Positions 54,690 to 64,000 of a stretch of DNA of 64,000 nt are shown in pieces (position 1 is the first letter of the stretch; every line of letters starts with the position of its first letter). The translations under genes and the position numbers were made by a program. Below the pieces are notes generated by a model, which had not been told where the DNA came from, made no database searches, and was given only the letters and a program-made list of their open reading frames with translations. The stretch comes from Octopus vulgaris (Eukaryota), in the NCBI GenBank assembly GCA_951406725.2, contig OX597820.1, forward strand, positions 77,500,001 through 77,564,000, given 5' to 3'.

Positions 54690-55100
54690 AGGCGCGGGAC
54701 TGGCTGTGTGGTAAGAACCTTGCTTCCCAACCACATGGTTCCGGGTTCAGTCCCACTACATGGCACCTTAGGCTAGTGTCTTCTATTACAGCCTCGGGCA
54801 GACCAAAGCTTTGACAGTGGATTTGGTAGACGGAAACAGAAAGAAGCCCGTGGTGTATATATATATGTGTGTATATATTTGTGTGTGTGTCTGTGTTTGT
54901 CTCCCCACCATCACTTGAGAACCGATGCATTCGTCCCCGTAACTTAGCGGTTCGGCAAAGAAGGCCGATAGAATAAGTACTAGGTTTACAAAGAATAAGT
55001 CCTGGTGTAGATTTGTTCGACTGAAGGCAGTACTCCAGCATGGCCGCTTTCAAAAGACTGAAACTAGTGAAAGAATATAAGAGTGAAAGAATAAAGGAAA
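54690..55100 (+). mobile_element. SINE family A, full length (tRNA head, CORE-like domain)
   Basis: ggcgc..tggctgtgtggtaag..ggttccgggttcagtccc, ggcaccttaggctagtgtcttc, internal microsatellite, purine-rich tail. Confidence 0.9.
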
Positions 55101-57228
55101 AATTTAACATTCTGTAGCAATATCTTTTTCAGCACTAATATTTTTGACTGCTGTGTGACTGACAGCGTAGTAATAGGTTTTACTGAGAGGAGCATCACCG
55201 CTATTGGTTTCTTCTATACCAACACCTGTGGCTATGATGAATGATATATTCAAATCTGGTGCCTTCACTGCACCATTCCTTTTACAGTTCAGTGAATGAT
55301 AAGAGCTCATGCTTCTTATAATATCTTTACTATATTGATAATTAAGGTTGTTATGAGACCAGTCTTATATTTTCTCCCTTGTGCGTTCCAAACTTTTAGC
55401 AGTACCTTTTGCTTTCCCCACAGCTCACTCTTCTAACATCATGTCATTCATTACACAAAATTTCTCTCTGAGACCCGATACGAATTCAGGGATTACTTCA
55501 ACGTTTACTTAATGCCGCAATATCTTGCCGAATGTCATGCAAAATTTCTATTGCAAATCAGTAAATTAGGAATATAAACTCACTATATGTTTTCTGAAGT
55601 AACATTTGTAGCGGAAGATTTCATTTAATCAAATGATTTAGTTATATTATACACATATATACATCATAATTGTGATCTTAGCTCTCGGTTTCTCTCCATT
55701 CTTGGTTGCATTTATAAGCTTTGTAACAATTGTCAGAAAATATGTCATGAAATTAGTTATCCATCCGCTGAGGCAAAAAATTTGTGCTCTTCTGGATATG
55801 TTTTTCCCACTATCAGTATAATCATTCACGTTCCTGATGAGCAAAGTTTTATGGAAATATTAAAACCAGTTACTGAACAGCAAATTCTTTAACAAATAGC
55901 ACCGTAGCTGTATACTTTCATTTTCTGCTTCTCATTCACTTACATATTCGACAAAACATTTGAATACGAAATGAGTTAAGTTAAACATAGCATAACTCAT
56001 GAAAAAATCGTATGTTCGGAGTTATGCAGATGGAGAAATGTAATGTTAGCTCATTAATATTACCTCCTCCCTACATGAGCGTCAGGCGATTTCAGAAACC
56101 TTCAACTTTCGTCTCCTTGTAGGAGAAACGCAATTCTCTAAAATCTGATTTGCATCAGTTGTACACTTGCTCTCCTTGCATAGTTTGCTTTAGCAATGGT
56201 TTTCTCCGGAGCTTCAAGATATTTGGTAGAAGCCTACAATTCCACAGCTGGATGTTTTAACTGTTATTCTTGCATTGTGTGAATTAAGGTGCTTTTTAAA
56301 ATTATCAGACCAGACTACATTAGTATAAACAACATATACTACATGAGATATTGACTCATTCAATTTCCTCTAAGATTAATTTACAACTTTGGATTTTGCT
56401 GGAACGACCATGTTAATTAGTCCATGAAATCCTTAATAGCTTTTATTTTATATGGTGTAGTGGACCAGAAAGCTTAAAACGTTTACAAATGAGATTGATA
56501 ATATGACAATATTTTTTACACACCCCGTATTAAGTGCATTCTTTAAATTTTTGCAGTCAAAACGTCTGATATGAAAATGGTATTTTTTTAAATAATTAAA
56601 TTGAAAAAACAAAGCAACAGAAATGGAAGGAGAATGAGAAAACGTATTAACAAGACAATGAATAAAACTCTAGCTAACAATACGAACGTTGACAAAATAT
56701 TCTCAGGTTCATTGTCATGCCGTCTGTTGCGGAAATAACAGAGACACAATTAAGAGAGAAAAAATCTGAGAGAAATGTGCTTGCAGATTTTGAGATTACT
56801 GAATAATAAGAATGTCTGTGAGATATCTATTCAATGAAGTTCATTATTTATTCATGGACAAGATTTGAAGAGAAATTTATCTCTAATAAACCTTTAAAAG
56901 AATTTTATAAATCAATCGAATAACAATAAATTAAATTTAAAACTAATGTAAGCCTGAAATCAAAATCAAAATTATATTTCGTATAATTTAAATGAGTGTT
57001 AATTGAAGCATAAAAATAGATTTGTCAACGAAGCATGAATATGATTATTTATAAAGACATAAAAAATGGAGACTGTGGTGTAGGGAGAGTTTCCCAAAGT
57101 ATAAAACAATTTACAATGTCTTCTAATGGGAATTAAAAGAAAAAAATCAATGCCATTTCTCCTCCTTCTCATTCTCCACCATATTTCTCGCTCTCCGTCT
57201 GCCTGTCTGTAGGTTTGTCTCTCTCTGT

Positions 57229-57265
<37 letters not shown>

Positions 57266-57290
57266 TGTATGTATGTATGTATATATATAT

Positions 57291-57334
<44 letters not shown>

Positions 57335-57454
57335 TACTTTACAACCGAAGAGTGTTGTTTGCCATAAAAATATTTGATTATAAAAAGACAAATTTATTTA
57401 CAGGAATTTATGATTCATTGAAATCATGTGCTCTTGGTGTGTGTGAATGCGTAT

Positions 57455-57486
<32 letters not shown>

Positions 57487-58363
57487 CTGTTTGTCTGTAT
57501 GTCTGTGTATGTATGTGTGTGCGCGCGCAGTGTATTATGCGGACAAGGAAATTAGACATGATAAATATAACAATTTGGGTATGAAATACAAGACATGTAT
57601 ATGTGTATATATGCAAAAGGAGAGAACTCAAAAAGTGAAGACCTGCGGACAATAAATATTTAAGTATATATAGATATTTATATTTATAGATCCAACTTAC
57701 TCAGAGTACAAAAATAAGACAGAAAATTAAAAGGCAACTTCTCTGCATTATAATTTAAACTATATGACGTTCTGTACCCTGATGACGGACGCTCGATTTG
57801 TCCAATATTGATTGCATCCCTTACAGCCGCAAACTGCGATAAACAACATCTGCCAACATTATCATGGATCTCCGAGCCTCCAGAAACAAGTGTTAGAGTT
57901 GTAATACCTTTCTTTCTCCCCTTTAATTTTCTCTGTTGTTCGTACTCTGTGTAGTTTGTATTTATTAATATAAATATCTATACATTTATACTTAAATAAT
58001 CACCGTCTGGAAGTCTTCCTTTTTGCTTTCTCACGCTTTGCATGTATACATATGTATTTTGTATTTCATATCCAAACTGTTATATTTAACAAGTCTAATT
58101 TGTTTATTCGCATAATTGCCTCCGTATTCACTCAAGTTTGGCCCTTTTACTGTCCTTCTTTACCCCGTAGAATTGATCTCCTGTAAAGACGTCGGAATCT
58201 ACGTTTCAATCATTTGAGCCCTGGTTTCTTCTATAATGAGAGTCTCTGGAGCTCATCTGAGCACTCCATCTCTCTGTCTCTCTCTATATATATGTGTGTG
58301 TGTGTATGTATGTATGTATGCTTGCATGCATGTATGTATGTATGTATGTATGTATGTATATGT

Positions 58364-58905
58364 CAGGTCACTTTCGAGTGCTACTGGTAACATGTAACCC
58401 AGTACAACCTGTTGCATGGTCAGGTCGTTGGCGACTGAACCGGCAACCCCACCAAGCTTCCTTGGTGAGGAGGGTGTTTATTGGACACCCAGCAGGATGA
58501 AAAACAAAATCCGTCAAAGGGCGGAGGAACTCTTGAGACTCAACGGCCATCCAATAAATGCCTTAAGGCTGTATCATGCGCGGGGACATAGAAATAATCG
58601 GACTGATACCCGATCGCGCGGTTAAACCATTGGGAGTGAAGGACTCCTAGCCTTTGTTAGGGCATCCTTCTAGGAGAAGGTAACTCAGGTAACTGGGATA
58701 ACTCCGACATAAAACCTGCGGTTACTGATGATGTTGGCTTGTTCTTCTTTTCGGATTATGGCTGCTGTTGTTTAGTGAGTGGGATTGACTCAGTGCACAG
58801 CCTTTCCTCACTTTAAAAAAAGTATTCTTGCACAGGCATTGCACGATAACAACATTGATTAAGCTTCGTGCAATGGCCATACTCGATAACGAGGGGGCAG
58901 CCACC
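58364..58905 (+). mobile_element. GC-rich non-autonomous element, probably RTE-derived (5'-UTR-like part plus 3' end), inside (ATGT)n
   Basis: ggcatcc..ctaggagaagg.aactc resembles RTE 5'-UTR motifs and catactcgataacgagggggcagcc resembles RTE 3' stem-loop ends (recall). The variant unit cttgcatg occurs on both flanks. Confidence 0.55.
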
Positions 58906-59188
58906 ATGTATGTATGTACGTATGTATGCTTGCATGTATGTATATATGTATGCATGTATGTATGTATGTATGTATGTATGTATGTATGTATGTATGTATG
59001 CATCTATGTATGTATATATCTTTTATATTTTATATTTGACTGGTTCAACCCAGGGCTGAGGTCGTACTGCTGCACAAACCTGTAATTACTCGATGTTGTT
59101 TTCGATATAGTTTTTGGTGAAGTAGCAAGTTGGAGAGAGATGCTCTTCGATGAATAAATAAATAAATATATATGCATATATATATATG

Positions 59189-59253
<65 letters not shown>

Positions 59254-59270
59254 GTATATACATGGATACA

Positions 59271-59306
<36 letters not shown>

Positions 59307-59308
<2 letters not shown>

Positions 59309-59478
59309 CGTAGGCGTGACAGTGTTGTACGAAGCGCCTGCTTCTCAACCACATGGTTCAATGTTCAGTTCCACTAAGTGGTATCATCGGCTGTTGTCCT
59401 CGTCTATAGCCGCGGGCTGACCAGAACCTTGTGAGTGCATTTGCTAGGCGGAAACTGAAAGAAGCCCTTAGTACATGT

Positions 59479-59516
<38 letters not shown>

Positions 59517-59875
59517 GCCGGAGTAAGGACGTAAATGTGAAACAAGGTGGAAAAAAGGGTACTCACATACCAGAGGTAGAGTAATAGTAATATGCCTCAT
59601 TCAAAAGCAAAAGAAATATAAAAAATGCTTTTACTCAGGGTTTTCACGTTCCCGTTCGTCGGGCAAAACTGTCCCAGATCTACGTTATCTCCCAACCACC
59701 ACCATTGACTGACAACCGATGTTGGTGTGTTTCCGCCCCTATAACTTTGCGAGTTACGATAAAATAATGACTGGGCTTAGAAAGAATATGTTCCGAGATT
59801 GATTTGTTCGATTAAAACCAGTTCAGGTTTGACTCCAGCATGGCTGCAGTCAAATGACTGAAACACATAAAAGAA
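59307..59875 (+). mobile_element. SINE family A interrupted at its TA tract by the 4380-type repeat (59518-59670)
   Basis: Head and CORE 59307-59470; 3' half 59690-59875; insert ccggagtaa..gaaacaaggtggaaaaa..ttcacgttcccgttcgtcgg. Confidence 0.8.
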
Positions 59876-59977
59876 AATATATATCTACATATACATATGT
59901 AGAGAGAGGGAGAGACAAACCAACAGAGAGACAGACAGAGAGACTGTGAGAGACAGAGAGACAACGAACCACCACAT

Positions 59978-60395
59978 ACATACCGGAAAGTGACACTTAA
60001 ACTGCTGAGTGATATCAAACTCAACACTCATGAGCTTTTCTTTAAAGTCGGTTTAGAAGATAGAACTGAAATTCCCATACCTCGCCCTCACCCCCCATAT
60101 TAATTTAAAGACCATAAAGAAAATTTTGCCGCGCACCATACCATTCGCCTCATCTTCCCCACAGGCTCTGATACACGTAGTATTAGCAAAGTTATATTAG
60201 ATAGAATTCTATCCCACCTTTGTTCCAAGATTACATTAAACCTCTGCACTAACACCACTGAAGCTATCCAGTGGCTTAAATCTTTAATCCGAATTCATTC
60301 AACTAGATATAGACCTGTACTATTCCAGTCCTATTCGCCTATCCTACTAAACAAAGACATCGAATTTGCACTGAAACATTCTAACCTAATCAGGG
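59978..60395 (+). mobile_element. Penelope-like element (PLE) reverse transcriptase fragment
   Basis: YRKV..GLEDRTE..KDHKENFAAHHTIRLIFPTGSDTRSISKVILDRILSHLCSKITLNLCTNTTEAIQWLK / FIQLDIDLYYSS / LLNKDIEFALKH across frameshifts. Matches the PLE pattern KDHK.NF..RLI.P..ISK.ILD..W..FIQFDI..FYPSI. Confidence 0.75.
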
Positions 60396-61309
60396 TAAAT
60401 GATTCCTTGCAAAAAATCCGAGTCTTTTTTTTTTTGTAGAGAAAATCGTGCGAGTGTTACTCAAAACATTTACCAAAGTTACTTTGTAGCGATTGCTTGT
60501 AGACTTTGAAAGAACGGCAGAAGATATCAACACACCTCACAGCAATTAATACTTTGTTCGACCAAGTTTGTCCTCTCTCAAAATTACATGTTGCTAAATG
60601 AACAAAAAGTATTATATAATTGATTGATTGGATCATCACGATTATCTGATAGAACAATATACCTGCAAGTCAATCGTGCTCAGACTTGAACTGAGAGTAA
60701 AACCAAAGTTCATTTATACATATTCATATAGTTTGGTTATTGTATCAGCTTTAAGGAGACATAATTATATTGCTTTCTAAGAACATGCCAGATGTGATAT
60801 TATATTGAGTAAAAACGAATGAATTATTTGAAATTCCTTCAATAGAACATCTTAATTTTCAGGAAAATAGGTTCAGGAGAATAGGTTATTGTTACACCAA
60901 TGACGTTCTCGGGGATATAAGTGAAGGGAAACCTATGACTATCAATTAGACGCTTCATAATTGTAGCACAATGGTCTACCGAGTTTGGCTAAAAGCCAGG
61001 CAAACAGATAATAGGGTTTTTGTAATCACTAGAACTACACTGTACATACATTTACACTGATATGAGTCTGTATCTATATACACACACACAAGCAGGGAAA
61101 AAAAACAGACACGCACATATATACCTATATGTATACAGAGAGATAGATAGATAGGTAGATAGATAGATAAATAGATAGATGCACATATATACAGACAAAT
61201 ACGTATGTAGTACATATATGTGCATACAAATATATCAATAAGTATATATATAGATAGATATATAAGTGTATATAAGTATGTATATATGTATGTATGTATA
61301 TATGTATGT

Positions 61310-61350
<41 letters not shown>

Positions 61351-61877
61351 CATATACGTTTGTACGCATTTTTATGTATGTATATATCTATGTATTTTGC
61401 ATGTATGAAACTTCAAAAACTTCAAATCAAAAATACCAAGTTTCTATCTATATTCCGTGAGTCACCGAAATATTATGAAAAGGAGTACAAACCTCAAAGA
61501 TGAATTACAACAAAGTATACATAGTGATGTCTAAGGAGGGATATCATGCAATATGCCGTTGTTTTATAAAACTAAATCTAAAATGACATAGCAAATGGCT
61601 GAAAACATAGTGTTGATTTTATCCAGATTACATGAATATTAATATTCCTCATTTGAATGATAGACTTCAATACTGCCGAAACAAAGAAAATAATTGATTT
61701 AAATGGTACTTTCTCATGTTTGTATGAATAATGATTTTATGAAGCATAATATATTTAAATATTATATATAGTTGTTTTGTTCTGTTTGCTTATTTTTTTA
61801 GATGTAAAATTCAAGTTTGAATCAATAAATTAAAATCATTCACATAATTTTGTAATAACTTGTATATAAATGTGTGT

Positions 61878-62295
61878 GTCTCAACAATAAACATATGTGT
61901 GTGTATGTATATGTATCAATAATAAACATATATATATATGTGTTTGTGTGTATATATGTGTCACCAATAAGCATATATGTCTGTGTGTATGTATATGTGT
62001 CAACAATAAACATAGATGTGTGTGTATGTATGTGTCAACAATAAACATATATATGTGTATGTATGTCAACAATAAACATATATATGTTTGTGTATATATA
62101 TGTGTCACCAATAAACATATATATGTGTGTATGTATTGTCAACACTAAACATGTGTATATGTGTATGTATATGTATCAACGATAAACATATGTGTGTATG
62201 TATATGTGTCAACAATAAACATATATGCGTGTGTGTGTATATGTATATGTGTCAACAATAAACATATATGCGTGTGTGTGTATATGTATGTATGT
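61878..62295. repeat. Minisatellite, ~35-42-bp unit (caacaataaacatatat(gt)natgtatatgtgt), about 11 copies
   Basis: Direct reading. Confidence 0.9.
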
Positions 62296-62778
62296 ACAAG
62301 TGAGTCGACGTAAAAAAATGATAATTTGCTTTGGCTCCATGCAACTTAAGACGACGGGGGCTCGAAAAACGAACTTAGCTCTTCAGGCACACGTAACAGA
62401 AGATTACTAATATACGTGAATGAGTGTGTGTATATCTGTGGGTTTCTGTCTCTGTGTGCGCGTGTGTGAATGAGTCTGGGTGTCTGTGCCTGCGTGTCTG
62501 TGTGTATGTGTCTGTTTCTTTTAATTTAAAAAGACGCTAGAAACGATAATTCGCTCACAAATGTCGCCTTTTTTTCAATTTAGACGATGTTAAATTTGAG
62601 CGTCATAAAAACTTACAACATACAGATAAAACTAATATAAAATTAGTATTTTCTCGAAGTTCTCTTTTTGCTGTACTAATTTACGTAATTATTTGCAATG
62701 TAGAAATATGAAGAGAAACATAGGTAGATATATAGACAAACAGACACACAGTCCCAAAGAGAGACAGGCACACACATG

Positions 62779-62807
62779 GATAGATAGATAAATAGATAGA
62801 TAAATAC

Positions 62808-62868
<61 letters not shown>

Positions 62869-62878
62869 CAGATAGATT

Positions 62879-62939
<61 letters not shown>

Positions 62940-62946
62940 GTAGCTC

Positions 62947-63035
<89 letters not shown>

Positions 63036-63050
63036 CTCGATAGATAAATA
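62779..63050. repeat. (ATAG)n microsatellite
   Basis: Direct reading. Similar tracts at 2469-2560, 29390-29490 and 49389-49500. Confidence 0.95.
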
Positions 63051-63160
63051 TACAGAAAAATAGATAGGTAAATATCTATATATATATACATCCGAAAGTC
63101 TTGATTCATCATGAACATCACAGATGAGTCATTCGAGAACCTCCGTCAGGTGTATCAATG

Positions 63161-63243
<83 letters not shown>

Positions 63244-63470
63244 ATACATACAAACAAACACAAATCCGTGCTACACGGAATTTTATCAGTGAAAATGTTG
63301 CAGTTTCAAAGCGACGAAAACATTTTGATAATTTACGTTTAAATGTTGAAGTGAATCTAACGGTTATTGTGTGTATTTTAAATGCCTTATAAACACCTTC
63401 CACGCTGTCATTGTTTTTGTTTGAGCATACGATCTCAGATCAACTCAATTGCTACGCAAGTACATCTCCG

Positions 63471-63511
<41 letters not shown>

Positions 63512-63551
63512 AATATATGAAAGAATGGAGTTGAACGACGAATTAACAAAA

Positions 63552-63650
63552 TTCCTTTATTTTCGACATATGTTTCGAAGGCTGCATATTCCTAATTGCT
63601 AAGGAATAAGGAGTATATTATGCCACTTTCTCATCAGGAAAAGCAAGGAA
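63552..63650 (-). ncRNA. Apparently intact type I hammerhead ribozyme
   Basis: ttcctt-gc-ttttc-CTGATGA-gaa..(gcat/atgc and attcct/aggaat stems)..ttc-GAAA-catatg-TC-gaaaa-ta-aaggaa. All core nucleotides are present, with a GUC triplet, palindromic helix III and extended helix I. Confidence 0.82.
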
Positions 63651-64000
63651 CTTATGTCAACATCAAGATGCACAAAAAACTTTTAGATGACTGCTCACAC
63701 GGAGCAGATAGTGATAATGAGTGTCTCTTTAAAAAAATTCCTTTATAAGGAGTGACGTCAAAATGGTTGGATGTAGAAGATTCTAGAACGTTCTAAAGGT
63801 TCAAGGATTCAAACGAAGTAGAAGAGAGGCATAAGAATAGGAAGGTGAAAGGGTGCAGTTCAAATGAATGGTGAATTTTCTTTTGTGAATGAGTGTCTGT
63901 GTGTGTGACTGTATATAATGGCATTAATGTGTGTGTGTGTGTATGTGTGTGCGTGATTGTGTTTGTGGATGGGTGGGTGTCAGAAAACAGACAGTGGTGA

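Noticed and set aside
55100-56530. Short ORFs and a Tc1-like end (acaccccgta)
   Set aside because: No transposase or host protein motifs recognised and no matching second TIR found.
57779-57841. Hammerhead-like CTGATGA-cgg..ccg-caaa-ctgcga-ta
   Set aside because: G12 is missing and helices I and III are broken. At best a decayed relic.
61878-62295. Regularly spaced caacaataaacat repeats resembling a CRISPR array
   Set aside because: The spacers are near-identical GT/AT microsatellite, the context is eukaryotic and there are no cas genes. It is a minisatellite.
591-63403. Numerous ORFs rich in YI, CV, MYVC, LSIY, poly-L, poly-I or poly-Y
   Set aside because: They are translations of microsatellites and have no protein signal.

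Overview
AT-rich eukaryotic (animal) intronic or intergenic DNA, dense in microsatellites ((TA)n, (ATGT)n, (ATAG)n, (AAT)n, (GT)n, (GA)n) and transposon debris. I cannot support any intact host protein-coding gene. Two abundant tRNA-headed SINE families (one CORE-like, one Deu/Nin-like) resemble the octopus OK/OR-type SINEs, so the source is probably an octopus (inference from recall, not a database result). Recognisable elements: a young 5'-truncated CR1-clade LINE, several R4/Dong-clade LINE fragments beside (AAT)n, RTE-clade fragments (one with a twin-priming-like inversion), a Penelope-like RT fragment, a DD34D mariner, a DD37D/maT relic, an 8-bp-TSD MITE, a Helitron-like element, a 1.56-kb tandem duplication and a minisatellite. 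The most interesting unannotated signal is a set of minimal type I hammerhead ribozyme motifs from several unrelated repeat families. One looks fully intact (63552-63650, minus strand). One is fused downstream of a tRNA-derived Pol III head (20461-20811), giving a SINE/retrozyme-like composite. Most ORFs in the supplied track are microsatellite translations. All calls were made by eye and element boundaries are approximate.
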